Made by a program: the position numbers and the translations under genes. The notes under the pieces are model-generated. The model saw nothing but the letters and a program-made list of their open reading frames with translations, was not told where the DNA came from and searched no databases. This document shows, piece by piece, positions 45,075-57,994 of a stretch of 64,000 nt of DNA. Position 1 is the first letter of the stretch. Each line of letters opens with the position of its first letter. The stretch lies in assembly GCF_054482595.1 (NCBI RefSeq), contig NZ_CM137008.1. The stretch is one strand, 5' to 3'.

Positions 45075-46747
45075 TGGCTGCGCAAGGGTTCTTACTGATC
45101 GCCACGTTTTTACTGGTGTTAATGGTGCTGGCGCGTCCTTTAGGCAGCGGGCTGGCGCGGCTGATTAATGACATTCCTCTTCCAGGTACAGCGGGCGTTG
45201 AACGCGTACTCTTTAGCGCGCTTGGCGTCTCTGACCGTGAGATGAACTGGAAGCAGTATCTCTCAGCCATTCTTGGCCTGAATATGCTGGGGCTGGCGGT
45301 GCTGTTTTTTATGTTGCTCGGTCAGAACTATCTGCCGCTTAATCCGCAACAACTGCCGGGGCTGTCGTGGGATCTGGCGCTGAATACCGCCGTCAGCTTT
45401 GTCACCAATACCAACTGGCAAGCTTACAGCGGTGAAACCACGTTGAGCTATTTCAGCCAGATGGCGGGTTTAACGGTGCAAAACTTTCTTTCTGCCGCCA
45501 GCGGGATTGCGGTGATTTTTGCCCTCATCCGCGCGTTTACCCGCCAGAGCATGAGCACACTCGGGAATGCCTGGGTCGATCTGCTACGCATCACGTTATG
45601 GGTGCTAGTCCCTGTGGCGTTGTTGATCGCACTGTTTTTTATTCAACAAGGTGCGCTGCAAAACTTTCTGCCCTATCAGGCAGTGAATACCGTTGAAGGA
45701 GCGCAACAGCTGTTACCCATGGGGCCAGTAGCTTCTCAGGAAGCGATCAAGATGCTCGGTACTAACGGCGGTGGCTTCTTTAATGCCAACTCGTCGCATC
45801 CGTTTGAAAACCCAACCGCACTGACCAACTTCGTGCAGATGCTGGCGATCTTCTTGATCCCAACAGCGCTGTGCTTTGCCTTTGGTGAAGTGACGGGCGA
45901 TCGCCGCCAGGGGCGCATGTTGCTGTGGGCGATGTCAGTGATTTTTGTCATCTGCGTAGGCGTGGTGATGTGGGCAGAAGTTCAGGGTAATCCTCATCTG
46001 CTGGCGCTCGGCGCAGACAGCAGCATCAATATGGAAGGTAAAGAGAGCCGTTTCGGCGTGCTGGTCAGTAGCCTGTTTGCGGTCGTGACTACGGCGGCGT
46101 CCTGTGGCGCGGTGATTGCGATGCATGATTCGTTTACCGCTCTCGGTGGCATGGTGCCGATGTGGCTGATGCAAATTGGTGAAGTGGTATTCGGCGGTGT
46201 CGGTTCTGGTCTTTACGGCATGATGCTGTTTGTCCTGCTGGCGGTGTTTATTGCCGGGCTGATGATTGGTCGTACACCGGAATATCTGGGTAAAAAAATC
46301 GACGTACGTGAGATGAAACTGACTGCACTGGCGATTCTGGTCACCCCGACGCTGGTGCTGATGGGCGCGGCGCTGGCAATGATGACCGACGCCGGACGTA
46401 GCGCCATGCTCAACCCTGGCCCGCATGGTTTTAGCGAAGTGCTGTACGCCGTGTCATCCGCCGCTAACAACAACGGCAGCGCCTTTGCCGGATTAAGCGC
46501 CAACTCTCCGTTCTGGAACTGTTTACTGGCGTTCTGCATGTTTGTCGGTCGCTTCGGGGTGATTATCCCGGTGATGGCAATTGCCGGTTCGCTGGTGAGT
46601 AAAAAGAGCCAACCCGCCAGCTCCGGCACGCTGCCAACGCACGGCCCGCTGTTTGTTGGCCTGTTAATCGGCACCGTGTTGCTGGTTGGCGCACTGACCT
46701 TTATCCCTGCCCTGGCGCTTGGTCCGGTGGCGGAATATCTCTCCTGA
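45074..46747 (+). CDS. kdpA: K+-transporting ATPase subunit A
   Basis: 557 aa from [38 protein letters not shown]...; the listed ORF is extended upstream. Confidence 0.96.
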   Translation: MAAQGFLLIATFLLVLMVLARPLGSGLARLINDIPLPGTAGVERVLFSALGVSDREMNWKQYLSAILGLNMLGLAVLFFMLLGQNYLPLNPQQLPGLSWDLALNTAVSFVTNTNWQAYSGETTLSYFSQMAGLTVQNFLSAASGIAVIFALIRAFTRQSMSTLGNAWVDLLRITLWVLVPVALLIALFFIQQGALQNFLPYQAVNTVEGAQQLLPMGPVASQEAIKMLGTNGGGFFNANSSHPFENPTALTNFVQMLAIFLIPTALCFAFGEVTGDRRQGRMLLWAMSVIFVICVGVVMWAEVQGNPHLLALGADSSINMEGKESRFGVLVSSLFAVVTTAASCGAVIAMHDSFTALGGMVPMWLMQIGEVVFGGVGSGLYGMMLFVLLAVFIAGLMIGRTPEYLGKKIDVREMKLTALAILVTPTLVLMGAALAMMTDAGRSAMLNPGPHGFSEVLYAVSSAANNNGSAFAGLSANSPFWNCLLAFCMFVGRFGVIIPVMAIAGSLVSKKSQPASSGTLPTHGPLFVGLLIGTVLLVGALTFIPALALGPVAEYLS

Positions 46748-46769
46748 TGATATTGAGTGAGCACTGAAT

Positions 46770-48818
46770 ATGAGTCGTAAACAACTGGCGCTATTCGAAC
46801 CAACACTTGTCGTTCAGGCGCTGAAAGAAGCGGTGAAAAAATTAAACCCGCAGGCGCAATGGCGCAATCCGGTGATGTTTATCGTCTGGATCGGCAGTCT
46901 GCTGACCACCTGTATTAGCATCGCGATGGCAAGCGGTGCGATGCCCGGCAATGCGCTGTTTAGCGCGGCCATTAGCGGTTGGCTGTGGATCACCGTACTG
47001 TTCGCTAATTTCGCCGAGGCGCTGGCAGAAGGCCGCAGTAAAGCGCAGGCCAACAGTCTGAAAGGGGTGAAAAAAACTGCTTTTGCTCGCAAGCTGCGCG
47101 AACCGAAATATGGCGCTGTGGCAGACAAAGTTCCTGCCGATCAACTGCGTAAAGGTGACATCGTGCTGGTAGAAGCTGGCGATATTATCCCCTGCGATGG
47201 TGAAGTCATTGAAGGCGGCGCATCGGTCGATGAAAGCGCCATCACCGGGGAATCGGCACCGGTGATCCGTGAATCCGGTGGCGATTTTGCCTCCGTCACT
47301 GGCGGCACGCGTATTCTTTCTGACTGGCTGGTGATTGAGTGTAGCGTTAACCCCGGCGAGACATTTCTGGATCGGATGATCGCGATGGTGGAAGGCGCAC
47401 AGCGACGTAAAACGCCGAACGAGATTGCCCTGACCATCCTGCTGATTGCCCTGACTATCGTCTTTTTACTGGCAACCGCCACGCTGTGGCCGTTTTCTGC
47501 GTGGGGCGGTAATGCAGTCAGTGTAACGGTACTGGTGGCGCTGCTGGTCTGTCTGATCCCAACCACTATTGGCGGCCTGTTGTCAGCGATCGGCGTCGCC
47601 GGGATGAGTCGGATGCTGGGCGCGAATGTGATTGCCACCAGCGGACGTGCAGTTGAAGCGGCAGGTGACGTTGACGTTCTGCTGCTGGATAAAACCGGCA
47701 CCATCACACTCGGTAACCGTCAGGCATCGGAGTTTATCCCTGCGCAGGGCGTGGATGAAAAAACGCTGGCTGACGCCGCACAACTGGCTTCGCTGGCTGA
47801 TGAAACGCCGGAAGGCCGCAGTATTGTGATCCTCACCAAGCAGCGTTTTAACCTGCGCGAGCGCGATGTGCAGTCGCTCCATGCCACCTTTGTACCGTTT
47901 ACTGCGCAAAGCCGGATGAGCGGGATCAACATCGACAACCGCATGATCCGTAAAGGTTCTGTCGATGCCATTCGCCGCCATGTTGAGGCTAACGGTGGTC
48001 ACTTCCCTGCCGATGTTGATCAAAAAGTCGATCAGGTTGCGCGTCAGGGGGCCACGCCGCTGGTGGTGGTGGAAGGTTCTCGTGTGCTGGGCGTTATTGC
48101 GCTGAAAGATATCGTTAAAGGCGGCATTAAAGAACGCTTCGCGCAACTGCGCCAAATGGGCATTAAAACGGTGATGATTACCGGCGATAACCGTCTGACT
48201 GCCGCCGCGATAGCTGCAGAAGCGGGCGTCGATGATTTCCTCGCCGAAGCGACACCGGAGGCCAAGCTGGCATTGATTCGTCAGTATCAGGCGGAAGGTC
48301 GTTTGGTAGCGATGACCGGCGACGGCACCAACGATGCTCCGGCGCTGGCGCAAGCAGATGTCGCGGTGGCGATGAACTCCGGTACTCAGGCGGCGAAAGA
48401 AGCGGGCAATATGGTGGATCTCGACTCTAACCCGACCAAGTTGATCGAGGTGGTGCACATTGGCAAACAGATGCTGATGACCCGTGGCTCGCTGACCACC
48501 TTCAGCATTGCCAACGATGTGGCGAAATACTTCGCCATTATTCCGGCGGCGTTCGCGGCAACGTATCCGCAGTTAAATGCGCTGAACATCATGCGCCTGC
48601 ATTCGCCCGACTCCGCCATTCTCTGTGCGGTCATTTTCAACGCCTTGATTATCGTCTTTTTGATTCCCCTGGCGTTAAAAGGTGTGAGTTATAAACCGCT
48701 TACCGCTTCTGCCATGTTGCGCCGTAAGTTATGGATTTACGGTCTGGGTGGGCTGCTGGTGCCGTTTATTGGTATCAAAATCATTGATTTACTGCTGACC
48801 GTTTGCGGTCTGGTGTGA
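46770..48818 (+). CDS. kdpB: K+-transporting P-type ATPase subunit B
   Basis: 682 aa, P-type ATPase motifs ([23 protein letters not shown]). Confidence 0.97.
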   Translation: MSRKQLALFEPTLVVQALKEAVKKLNPQAQWRNPVMFIVWIGSLLTTCISIAMASGAMPGNALFSAAISGWLWITVLFANFAEALAEGRSKAQANSLKGVKKTAFARKLREPKYGAVADKVPADQLRKGDIVLVEAGDIIPCDGEVIEGGASVDESAITGESAPVIRESGGDFASVTGGTRILSDWLVIECSVNPGETFLDRMIAMVEGAQRRKTPNEIALTILLIALTIVFLLATATLWPFSAWGGNAVSVTVLVALLVCLIPTTIGGLLSAIGVAGMSRMLGANVIATSGRAVEAAGDVDVLLLDKTGTITLGNRQASEFIPAQGVDEKTLADAAQLASLADETPEGRSIVILTKQRFNLRERDVQSLHATFVPFTAQSRMSGINIDNRMIRKGSVDAIRRHVEANGGHFPADVDQKVDQVARQGATPLVVVEGSRVLGVIALKDIVKGGIKERFAQLRQMGIKTVMITGDNRLTAAAIAAEAGVDDFLAEATPEAKLALIRQYQAEGRLVAMTGDGTNDAPALAQADVAVAMNSGTQAAKEAGNMVDLDSNPTKLIEVVHIGKQMLMTRGSLTTFSIANDVAKYFAIIPAAFAATYPQLNALNIMRLHSPDSAILCAVIFNALIIVFLIPLALKGVSYKPLTASAMLRRKLWIYGLGGLLVPFIGIKIIDLLLTVCGLV

Positions 48819-48826
48819 GGTTTACC

Positions 48827-49399
48827 ATGCGTGGATTACGTCCGGCGTTATCGACATTTATCTTTCTGTTATTGATTACTGGCGGCGTTTACCCGCTGCT
48901 GACCACCGCGCTGGGGCAATGGTGGTTTCCCTGGCAGGCCAACGGTTCGTTGATCCGTGAAGGTGATACGGTGCGCGGTTCGGCATTAATCGGGCAGAAT
49001 TTTACCGACAACGGCTATTTTCAGGGTCGCCCGTCGGCAACGGCAGAAATGCCCTATAATCCACAGGCTTCTGGCGGGAGCAATCTGGCAGTCAGTAACC
49101 CGGAGCTGGATAAACAGATAGCCGCACGCGTTGCCGCATTACGGGCCGCTAACCCGGATGCCAGCACGAGCGTTCCGGTTGAACTGGTGACGGCATCGGC
49201 AAGCGGGCTGGACAATAACATCACCCCACAAGCGGCGGCCTGGCAGATCCCACGCGTAGCGAAAGCGCGTAATCTCAGCGTTGAACAGCTCACGCAACTG
49301 ATCGCAAAATACAGCCAACAACCACTGGTGAAATATATCGGCCAGCCGGTCGTCAACATTGTCGAACTCAATCTGGCGCTGGATAAACTTGATGAATAA
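48827..49399 (+). CDS. kdpC: K+-transporting ATPase subunit C
   Basis: 190 aa from [27 protein letters not shown]...; the listed ORF is extended upstream. Confidence 0.93.
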   Translation: MRGLRPALSTFIFLLLITGGVYPLLTTALGQWWFPWQANGSLIREGDTVRGSALIGQNFTDNGYFQGRPSATAEMPYNPQASGGSNLAVSNPELDKQIAARVAALRAANPDASTSVPVELVTASASGLDNNITPQAAAWQIPRVAKARNLSVEQLTQLIAKYSQQPLVKYIGQPVVNIVELNLALDKLDE

Positions 49400-52076
49400 C
49401 GAACCCTTACGTCCCGACCCCGATCGTCTGCTGGAACAAACTGCCGCGCCGCATCGGGGGAAGCTGAAAGTTTTCTTCGGTGCCTGTGCAGGCGTCGGGA
49501 AGACCTGGGCGATGCTGGCGGAAGCCCAGCGACTGCGGGCGCAAGGGCTGGATATTGTGGTTGGCGTGGTAGAAACCCACGGGCGGAAAGATACCGCCGC
49601 AATGCTGGAAGGGCTGGCTGTTCTGCCGCCAAAACGCCTGGCGTACCGTGGGCGGCACATCAGCGAGTTTGATCTCGATGCTGCCCTCGCCCGCCGTCCG
49701 GCGCTGATCTTAATGGACGAACTGGCGCACAGTAATGCGCCAGGTTCTCGTCATCCTAAACGCTGGCAGGATATCGAAGAACTGCTGGAAGCTGGCATTG
49801 ATGTTTTCACAACCGTCAACGTTCAGCATCTGGAAAGTCTGAATGATGTGGTCAGCGGCGTCACCGGAATTCAGGTACGGGAAACCGTGCCCGATCCTTT
49901 TTTCGATGCCGCCGACGACGTGGTGCTGGTGGACTTGCCCCCGGACGATCTGCGCCAGCGGCTGAAAGAAGGCAAAGTCTATATTGCCGGGCAGGCGGAG
50001 CGCGCCATTGAACATTTTTTCCGCAAAGGCAATCTGATCGCCCTGCGCGAACTGGCACTGCGCCGTACTGCCGATCGCGTTGATGAGCAAATGCGCGCCT
50101 GGCGGGGGCATCCTGGCGAAGAGAAAGTCTGGCACACGCGCGACGCGATCCTTTTATGCATCGGCCATAACACCGGCAGTGAGAAACTGGTCCGCGCGGC
50201 GGCGCGGCTGGCGGCGCGGCTGGGTAGCGTCTGGCACGCGGTGTATGTTGAAACCCCTGCCCTGCATCGCTTACCGGAGAAAAAACGTCGGGCAATTCTC
50301 AGCGCCTTACGTCTGGCGCAGGAGCTGGGCGCGGAGACGGCAACACTTTCTGATCCAGCGGAAGAGAAAGCGGTAGTGCGTTATGCCCGTGAACATAATC
50401 TCGGCAAGATTATTCTCGGTCGCCCAGCCTCGCGCCGCTGGTGGCGTCGGGAAACGTTTGCTGACCGACTGGCGCGCATCGCCCCCGATCTCGATCAGGT
50501 GCTGGTCGCGCTTGATGAACCACCCGCCCGCACGATTAACAACGCGCCGGATAGCCGCTCTTTTAAAGACAAGTGGCGGGTACAGATTCAGGGATGCGTG
50601 GTTGCCGCCGCGTTATGCGCCGTTATCACCTTAATTGCCATGCAGTGGCTGATGGCGTTTGATGCCGCCAACCTGGTGATGCTGTATCTACTTGGCGTGG
50701 TGGTGGTGGCGCTATTTTATGGACGCTGGCCTTCGGTGGTTGCTACCGTCATTAATGTGGTGAGTTTCGATCTCTTTTTTATCGCCCCACGCGGCACGCT
50801 CGCCGTCTCTGATGTGCAATATCTGCTGACCTTCGCGGTGATGTTAACCGTCGGGCTGGTGATCGGGAACCTTACTGCGGGTGTGCGTTATCAGGCACGG
50901 GTAGCCCGTTACCGCGAGCAACGCACACGGCACTTATATGAAATGTCGAAAGCTCTGGCGGTGGGCCGCAGTCCGCAGGACATCGCCGCCACCAGCGAAC
51001 AATTTATTGCCTCCACGTTTCATGCCCGCAGTCAGGTGTTGTTGCCCGATGACAACGGTAAATTGCAGCCGTTAACACATCCGCAAGGAATGACGCCGTG
51101 GGACGATGCCATCGCGCAGTGGAGTTTTGATAAAGGCCTGCCTGCGGGTGCGGGCACCGACACGTTACCCGGCGTGCCGTACCAGATTTTGCCGTTAAAA
51201 AGCGGTGAGAAAACCTACGGGTTGGTGGTGGTGGAACCGGGGAATCTGCGCCAGTTGATGATCCCGGAACAGCAGCGCCTGCTGGAGACGTTTACGCTGT
51301 TAGTCGCCAATGCGCTTGAGCGGCTGACGCTGACCGCCAGCGAAGAACAGGCGCGGATGGCAAGCGAACGTGAACAGATCCGCAACGCCCTGCTGGCGGC
51401 GCTTTCGCATGATTTACGCACTCCGCTCACGGTGTTGTTCGGTCAGGCAGAAATCTTAACGCTCGATCTGGCAAGCGAAGGATCACCCCACGCCCGCCAG
51501 GCCAGCGAGATTCGTCAGCATGTGCTGAACACTACCCGACTGGTGAATAATCTACTGGATATGGCGCGAATTCAGTCCGGCGGCTTTAATTTGAAGAAAG
51601 AGTGGTTAACGCTGGAAGAAGTAGTCGGCAGCGCGCTGCAAATGCTGGAACCGGGTTTATCGTCGCCCATCAATCTTTCTCTGCCAGAACCGCTGACCTT
51701 AATCCACGTTGACGGGCCACTCTTTGAACGGGTGCTGATTAATTTGCTGGAGAACGCAGTGAAATATGCGGGTGTGCAGGCCGAAATTGGTATCGATGCC
51801 CACGTTGAGGGCGAAAATCTACAACTGGATGTCTGGGATAACGGCCCCGGACTTCCGCAAGGCCAGGAGCAGTCGATTTTTGATAAGTTTGCTCGTGGGA
51901 ATAAAGAGTCGGCAGTCCCGGGTGTAGGGCTTGGGCTGGCAATTTGTCGGGCGATTGTGGATGTACACGGCGGCACCATTACCGCGTTCAACCGACCGGA
52001 AGGTGGTGCCTGTTTTCGTGTTACACTTCCCCAGCAAACCGCTCCTGAACTTGAAGAATTTCATGAGGATATGTGA
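49392..52076 (+). CDS. kdpD: Sensor histidine kinase KdpD
   Basis: 894 aa from [42 protein letters not shown]...; overlaps the kdpC end by 8 nt. Confidence 0.96.
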   Translation: MNNEPLRPDPDRLLEQTAAPHRGKLKVFFGACAGVGKTWAMLAEAQRLRAQGLDIVVGVVETHGRKDTAAMLEGLAVLPPKRLAYRGRHISEFDLDAALARRPALILMDELAHSNAPGSRHPKRWQDIEELLEAGIDVFTTVNVQHLESLNDVVSGVTGIQVRETVPDPFFDAADDVVLVDLPPDDLRQRLKEGKVYIAGQAERAIEHFFRKGNLIALRELALRRTADRVDEQMRAWRGHPGEEKVWHTRDAILLCIGHNTGSEKLVRAAARLAARLGSVWHAVYVETPALHRLPEKKRRAILSALRLAQELGAETATLSDPAEEKAVVRYAREHNLGKIILGRPASRRWWRRETFADRLARIAPDLDQVLVALDEPPARTINNAPDSRSFKDKWRVQIQGCVVAAALCAVITLIAMQWLMAFDAANLVMLYLLGVVVVALFYGRWPSVVATVINVVSFDLFFIAPRGTLAVSDVQYLLTFAVMLTVGLVIGNLTAGVRYQARVARYREQRTRHLYEMSKALAVGRSPQDIAATSEQFIASTFHARSQVLLPDDNGKLQPLTHPQGMTPWDDAIAQWSFDKGLPAGAGTDTLPGVPYQILPLKSGEKTYGLVVVEPGNLRQLMIPEQQRLLETFTLLVANALERLTLTASEEQARMASEREQIRNALLAALSHDLRTPLTVLFGQAEILTLDLASEGSPHARQASEIRQHVLNTTRLVNNLLDMARIQSGGFNLKKEWLTLEEVVGSALQMLEPGLSSPINLSLPEPLTLIHVDGPLFERVLINLLENAVKYAGVQAEIGIDAHVEGENLQLDVWDNGPGLPQGQEQSIFDKFARGNKESAVPGVGLGLAICRAIVDVHGGTITAFNRPEGGACFRVTLPQQTAPELEEFHEDM

Positions 52077-52750
52077 CAAACGTTCTGATTGTTGAAGATG
52101 AACAGGCTATTCGTCGCTTTCTGCGCACGGCGCTGGAGGGCGACGGGATGCGCGTCTATGAGGCCGAAACGCTGCAACGCGGCTTGCTGGAGGCGGCTAC
52201 CCGTAAGCCAGATTTGATTATTCTCGATCTTGGCCTGCCCGATGGTGATGGGATTGAGTTTATCCGCGACCTGCGCCAGTGGAGCGCGGTGCCGGTGATT
52301 GTGCTTTCCGCACGCAGCGAAGAGAGCGACAAAATCGCCGCGCTGGATGCCGGAGCGGATGATTATCTAAGTAAGCCGTTTGGCATTGGCGAATTGCAGG
52401 CCCGTCTGCGCGTCGCTTTACGCCGCCACTCCGCCACCGCCGCGCCCGATCCGCTGGTGAAATTCTCCGATGTTACCGTCGATTTAGCCGCCCGCGTGAT
52501 TCACCGGGGTGAGGAAGAGGTGCATCTCACGCCGATTGAGTTTCGCCTGCTGGCAGTGCTGCTCAACAACGCCGGAAAAGTGCTCACCCAGCGCCAACTC
52601 CTTAACCAGGTGTGGGGGCCAAACGCGGTCGAACACAGTCATTATTTGCGTATTTATATGGGACATCTGCGACAAAAACTGGAGCAAGACCCGGCCCGGC
52701 CTCGCCATTTTATTACTGAAACTGGGATTGGTTATCGGTTTATGCTTTAG
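52073..52750 (+). CDS. kdpE: Response regulator KdpE (OmpR family)
   Basis: 225 aa, [60 protein letters not shown]...; 4-nt overlap with kdpD. Confidence 0.96.
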   Translation: MTNVLIVEDEQAIRRFLRTALEGDGMRVYEAETLQRGLLEAATRKPDLIILDLGLPDGDGIEFIRDLRQWSAVPVIVLSARSEESDKIAALDAGADDYLSKPFGIGELQARLRVALRRHSATAAPDPLVKFSDVTVDLAARVIHRGEEEVHLTPIEFRLLAVLLNNAGKVLTQRQLLNQVWGPNAVEHSHYLRIYMGHLRQKLEQDPARPRHFITETGIGYRFML

Positions 52751-52761
52751 GGGCTGAATTG

Positions 52762-52858
<97 letters not shown>

Positions 52859-52870
52859 AGTCATAAGTAA

Positions 52871-52901
52871 AAAAGGGCGATCTTGCGACCGCCCTTTTTT
52901 T
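52871..52901. terminator. Bidirectional intrinsic terminator shared by convergent kdpE and pgm
   Basis: aaaagggcg-(loop)-cgcccttttttt: a GC stem flanked by an A-run and a T-run. Confidence 0.75.
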
Positions 52902-52912
52902 ATTTAATGTGT

Positions 52913-54553
52913 TTACGCGTTTTTCAGAACTTCGCTAACAATCTCAACCGCTTCTTTCTCAATCTGCTTGCGATGTTCTTCACCGAGGAAGCTTTCGCAG
53001 TAGATCTTATATGCGTCTTCCGTGCCTGACGGACGCGCGGCGAACCAGCCGTTGTCAGTCATCACTTTCAGACCGCCAATAGAAGCACCGTTGCCCGGAG
53101 CAGCAGTCAGGCGCGCGGTGATCGGGTCACCAGCCAGGGTGCTGGCGCTCACCATTTCCGGAGACAGCTTAGACAGCGCCGCTTTTTGTGCGGAAGTCGC
53201 AGCTGCCTGCAAACGGTTGTAGCTCGGCGCACCAAAGCGTTTTGCCAGTTCGTTGTAGTGTTCCTGCGGGTTCTTACCGGTGACAGCGGTGATTTCCGCC
53301 GCCAGCAGACACATGATGATGCCGTCTTTGTCGGTGGACCACGGCGTGCCGTCGAAACGCAGGAAGGAAGCCCCTGCGCTCTCTTCGCCGCCAAAGCCGA
53401 AGCTGCCGTCGAACAGACCATCAACAAACCATTTGAAACCTACCGGGACTTCTACCAGTTTACGGCCCAAGTCGTTGACCACACGGTCGATCATCGCAGA
53501 AGAAACCAGCGTTTTACCAACGGCAACATCTTTGCCCCACTGCGGACGATGCTGGAACAGGTAGTTGATTGCCACCGCCAGGTAGTGGTTCGGATTCATC
53601 AAACCTGCCGGAGTGACGATACCGTGACGGTCATAATCCGGGTCGTTAGCAAACGCCAGATCGAACTTATCACGCAGTGCCAGCAGGCCCGCCATCGCAC
53701 ACTCGGAGGAGCAGTCCATACGGATCGCGCCGTCTTTATCAAGGTGCATAAAGCGGAAGGTTTGATCGACCTGATCGTTAACGATGGTCAGGTTGAGGTT
53801 GTAATACTCGCCAATACGCTTCCAGTATTCGATACCGGAACCGCCCAGCGGATCAACGCCAAGCGTCAGGCCCGCTTTCTGAATCGCCGCCATATCAACG
53901 ATATCGGCCAGCCCTTCCACGAACGGCTGCACCAGATCCTGCTCTTTCACATGACCGGATGCCATCGCTTCGTCGAGGGAGATACGCTTCACGCCTTTCA
54001 GGCCATCGGCCAGCAGTGCGTTGGCACGATCTTCCACCACTTTAGTGACGTTGGTATCAGCCGGGCCACCATTTGGCGGATTGTACTTGATACCACCATC
54101 TTCCGGCGGGTTATGGGACGGTGTAATCACGATACCGTCTGCCAGCGGGCCACCTTTTTTATTGTGAACCAGGATGGCATTGGAAACGGCAGGCGTCGGG
54201 GTGAAGCCATTGTTTTCCTGCACAATAACATCTACGCCGTTCGCTGCCAGCACTTCCAGAACGGAAATAAATGCAGGTTCGGACAGGGCGTGAGTATCTT
54301 TACCCACATAGCAAGGGCCAGTGATGCCGTTTTTCGCACGTTCTTCAGCAATTGCCTGAGCGATCGCCAGAATGTGCGGCTCGTTAAAGCTGTGGCGCGC
54401 TGCACTGCCACGGTGACCGGAAGTACCGAATTTCACCGCGTGCTCCGCATTCCCTGCTTCTGGTTTCAGTACATAATATTGCGCCGTCAGTTGGGCGACG
54501 TTAATCAAATCACTCTGTTGTGCAGGTTGGCCTGCACGATTGTGGATTGCCAT
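52913..54553 (-). CDS. pgm: Phosphoglucomutase
   Basis: 546 aa from [51 protein letters not shown]...; the listed ORF is extended upstream. Confidence 0.96.
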
Positions 54554-54578
54554 TGCTTTGTCCTTTGTCTGCAACGTT

Positions 54579-55124
54579 TTAGATAGTTCCGCAAACCTTC
54601 TCAATCAATTCCGCCGGGAATTGCATCGACTGCATGATGTGTTCGATCATGCTGCATTTACGGCCGGTGTTGGTGTTGGTGATCACCCAATACGGCGTGC
54701 CTGGCACATGTTTCGGCTTGGTCTGATTACCATTTTTCAGCAGCGTTTGTTCATCTGCCGCAAAGTAAACGCGTGTACGACCGTGCAACGATTCCGTTGC
54801 TTCGGCAAACGCCTGGGCGTCAAGAGAATATAGTGTAGACAACAGCAGCATAAAGCGATTGACCGCTCGCTTTTGCTCTGCGTATTCATCCGAAAGCAGA
54901 AGTTCACGCATTGCGCGAACCTTGTCTTTAATCGTTTTGACCGGCTTCGCTTCGACGATAGCAGGTGACGCAACGCGAACCTCTTTCGTCACCGGAGCAG
55001 CAGGCTGTGATGCGGCGGAAAATTTCAACATACGCCGTAAAATGTCGGATGCGCTCTCGCCGATATGCTTAGTGTGGCTGGCAATATAGCTGTAGAGTTC
55101 ATCATCAACTTCAATCGTTTTCAT
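54579..55124 (-). CDS. seqA: Replication-initiation negative regulator SeqA
   Basis: 181 aa from [35 protein letters not shown]... Confidence 0.96.
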
Positions 55125-55308
55125 CTTAATCCAGTGCAGTGTCTTAGCTGAATACAAGTCGCCAGGAGTATATGAATAAATCCCGGCAGCGGATAGCGTC
55201 AAGCCTGGCTTGCAGAAAAACTCGGAATAAACCTTATTTGTTGCAGCCCTGTGGCACAATGGTCAACATAATACCCTAACCCGACAACGCGAAAAAAAGA
55301 ACTTTGCC

Positions 55309-56073
55309 ATGAAATTGAATATCCGCGCGCAAACTGCACAAAACCAGCACAATAATTCTCCCATCGTTCTTGTCCATGGTCTGTTTGGCAGCCTCGACAA
55401 CCTTGGCGTACTGGCTCGCGATCTGGTAAACGATCACAATATCATCCAGGTTGATATGCGTAACCACGGTCTTTCACCGAGAGATCCGGTAATGAATTAC
55501 CCGACGATGGCGCAGGATCTTGTTGATACCCTGGATGCACTGCAGATCGACAAAGCAACATTTATCGGTCACTCCATGGGCGGTAAAGCGGTAATGGCAC
55601 TTACTGCACTGGCCCCCGATCGCATCGATAAACTGGTGGCGATCGATATCGCACCGGTCGACTATCACGTACGCCGTCATGATGAGATTTTCTCGGCTAT
55701 CAACGCGGTCAGTGAATCGGACGCACAAACTCGCCAGCAAGCAGCAGCAATAATGCGCCAGCATCTTAATGAAGAAGGGGTGATTCAGTTTCTGTTGAAA
55801 TCTTTTGTTGACGGGGAGTGGCGCTTTAACGTGCCGGTATTGTGGGATCAGTATCCGCATATTGTGGGTTGGGAGAAAATCCCGGCATGGGATCACCCTG
55901 CCCTGTTTATCCCTGGTGGTAATTCTCCGTATGTTAGCGAGCAGTACCGTGATGATTTACTGGCACAATTTCCACAGGCACGGGCGCATGTGATTGCAGG
56001 CGCGGGTCACTGGGTCCATGCTGAAAAACCGGATGCGGTATTACGCGCTATCCGTCGCTATCTCAATGATTAA
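55309..56073 (+). CDS. ybfF: Alpha/beta-hydrolase esterase
   Basis: 254 aa, HGLFGS and GHSMGG motifs. Confidence 0.93.
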   Translation: MKLNIRAQTAQNQHNNSPIVLVHGLFGSLDNLGVLARDLVNDHNIIQVDMRNHGLSPRDPVMNYPTMAQDLVDTLDALQIDKATFIGHSMGGKAVMALTALAPDRIDKLVAIDIAPVDYHVRRHDEIFSAINAVSESDAQTRQQAAAIMRQHLNEEGVIQFLLKSFVDGEWRFNVPVLWDQYPHIVGWEKIPAWDHPALFIPGGNSPYVSEQYRDDLLAQFPQARAHVIAGAGHWVHAEKPDAVLRAIRRYLND

Positions 56074-56212
56074 CGCAACTGATTAAAAACCCAGCGTCCG
56101 CGTCGCTTTCCGCGCGTGGGCGTTGGCGTGACTCATCGCGCTGATGTATTATGGCGCGCTATCCATCCGGGCAGAGGCCTGGCTGATTGTTTCCCCCGAA
56201 GTCACCAAGATC

Positions 56213-56506
56213 ATGGCCAAAGAACAAACGGACCGTACGACATTAGATCTGTTCGCGCACGAGCGTCGACCGGGACGACCGAAAACAAATCCGCTTTCGC
56301 GCGATGAACAGCTGCGTATTAATAAACGCAACCAACTAAAACGCGACAAAGTACGTGGCCTTAAGCGTGTCGAACTGAAGCTGAACGCGGAAGCTGTCGA
56401 GGCGCTGAACGAGCTGGCGGAATCGCGCAATATGAGCCGTAGCGAACTGATCGAAGAGATGTTAATGCAGCAACTGGCGGCGCTGCGTAGTCAGGGCATC
56501 GTTTAA
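56213..56506 (+). CDS. ybfE: CopG/RHH-family DNA-binding protein (LexA-regulon member in K-12)
   Basis: 97 aa from [41 protein letters not shown]...; the listed ORF is extended upstream. Confidence 0.85.
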   Translation: MAKEQTDRTTLDLFAHERRPGRPKTNPLSRDEQLRINKRNQLKRDKVRGLKRVELKLNAEAVEALNELAESRNMSRSELIEEMLMQQLAALRSQGIV

Positions 56507-56645
56507 ATTTCCACTTTCATGTAGCACAGTGTGCAGTCCTGCTCGTTTGCTGATTCCGCAAGACTGCCTGTTCTGCTATGATTGCCTTTATCCGTGGGCA
56601 ATTTTCCACCCCCATTTCAATAAGTTTCAAGAGGTTATTTCACTC

Positions 56646-57176
56646 ATGGCTATCACTGGCATCTTTTTCGGCAGCGACACCGGTAATACCGAAAATATCG
56701 CAAAAATGATTCAAAAACAGCTTGGTAAAGACGTTGCCGATGTCCATGACATTGCAAAAAGCAGCAAAGAAGATCTGGAAGCTTATGACATTCTGCTGCT
56801 GGGCATCCCAACCTGGTATTACGGCGAAGCGCAGTGTGACTGGGATGACTTCTTCCCGACTCTCGAAGAGATTGATTTCAATGGCAAACTGGTTGCGCTG
56901 TTTGGTTGTGGTGACCAGGAAGATTACGCCGAATATTTCTGCGACGCATTGGGCACCATCCGCGACATCATTGAACCGCGCGGTGCAACCATCGTTGGTC
57001 ACTGGCCAACTGCGGGCTATCATTTCGAAGCATCAAAAGGTCTGGCAGATGACGACCACTTTGTCGGTCTGGCTATCGACGAAGACCGTCAGCCGGAACT
57101 GACCGCTGAACGTGTAGAAAAATGGGTTAAACAGATTTCTGAAGAGTTGCATCTCGACGAAATTCTCAATGCCTGA
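56646..57176 (+). CDS. fldA: Flavodoxin 1
   Basis: 176 aa from [63 protein letters not shown]... Confidence 0.97.
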
Positions 57177-57381
57177 TGTGATGCGGCGTAGACTCATGTC
57201 TACGCCGTATTAATAGATAATGCCAATCAAAATAATTGCTACAAATTTGTAACTTTTGCTGTTGTACCTGTACAATGTCCCGGTGTTCAAGTGGCCTTGC
57301 CGTTGTAAATGTAAGCTGTGCCACGTTTTTATTAACAATATTTGCCAGGGACTTGTGGTTTTCATTTAGGCGTGGCAATTC

Positions 57382-57399
57382 TATAATGATACGCATTAT
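57382..57399 (+). promoter_or_regulatory. Fur box in the fur/uof promoter region (autoregulation)
   Basis: ataatgatacgcattatc matches the consensus ataatgataatcattatc at 16 of 18 positions. Confidence 0.6.
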
Positions 57400-57472
57400 C
57401 TCAAGAGCAAATTCTGTCACTTCTTCTAATGAAGTGAACCGCTTAGTAACAGGACAGATTCCGCATGACTGA
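57386..57472 (+). CDS. uof: uof leader peptide, translationally coupled to fur
   Basis: 28 codons, MIRIISRANSVTSSNEVNRLVTGQIPHD, ending 8 nt inside fur; matches the known upstream-of-fur ORF as recalled. Confidence 0.7.
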   Translation: MIRIISRANSVTSSNEVNRLVTGQIPHD

Positions 57473-57911
57473 TAACAATACCGCCCTAAAGAAAGCTGGC
57501 CTGAAAGTAACGCTTCCACGTTTAAAAATCCTGGAAGTTCTTCAGGAGCCGGACAACCATCACGTCAGTGCGGAAGATTTATACAAACGTCTGATCGATA
57601 TGGGTGAAGAAATTGGTCTGGCTACGGTATATCGCGTACTGAACCAGTTTGACGACGCTGGTATCGTCACCCGCCACAATTTTGAAGGCGGTAAATCCGT
57701 ATTTGAACTGACACAGCAACATCACCACGATCACCTGATCTGCCTCGACTGCGGCAAGGTTATCGAATTTAGTGATGATTCCATCGAAGCGCGTCAGCGT
57801 GAAATTGCCGCAAAACATGGCATTCGCCTGACTAACCACAGTCTCTATCTTTACGGTCACTGTGCCGAAGGCGATTGCCGCGAAGATGAGCACGCGCACG
57901 AAGGCAAATAA
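57465..57911 (+). CDS. fur: Ferric uptake regulator
   Basis: 148 aa, MTDNNTALKKAGLKVTLPRLKILEVLQEPDNHHVSAEDLYKRLIDMGEEIGLATVYRVLNQFDDAGIV... Confidence 0.98.
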   Translation: MTDNNTALKKAGLKVTLPRLKILEVLQEPDNHHVSAEDLYKRLIDMGEEIGLATVYRVLNQFDDAGIVTRHNFEGGKSVFELTQQHHHDHLICLDCGKVIEFSDDSIEARQREIAAKHGIRLTNHSLYLYGHCAEGDCREDEHAHEGK

Positions 57912-57930
57912 GCCAGTCTGAACGAGAAAA

Positions 57931-57954
57931 GCCAACCTGCGGGTTGGCTTTTTT
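57931..57954. terminator. Bidirectional intrinsic terminator between fur and chiQ
   Basis: gccaacc-tgcg-ggttggc hairpin with a T6 run on plus and an A-run upstream. Confidence 0.8.
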
Positions 57955-57994
57955 ATGCAAGGGAAATAAGAAAAGCGAGAGTTACAGCTCTCAC

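Noticed and set aside
53186-54586. 466-aa ORF antisense to pgm
   Set aside because: Nested antisense frame with no features of a real protein.
56074-56212. Search for a LexA box (CTGT-N8-ACAG) upstream of ybfE
   Set aside because: ybfE is reported as LexA-regulated, but I could not find a convincing SOS box by eye in this interval, so none is annotated.
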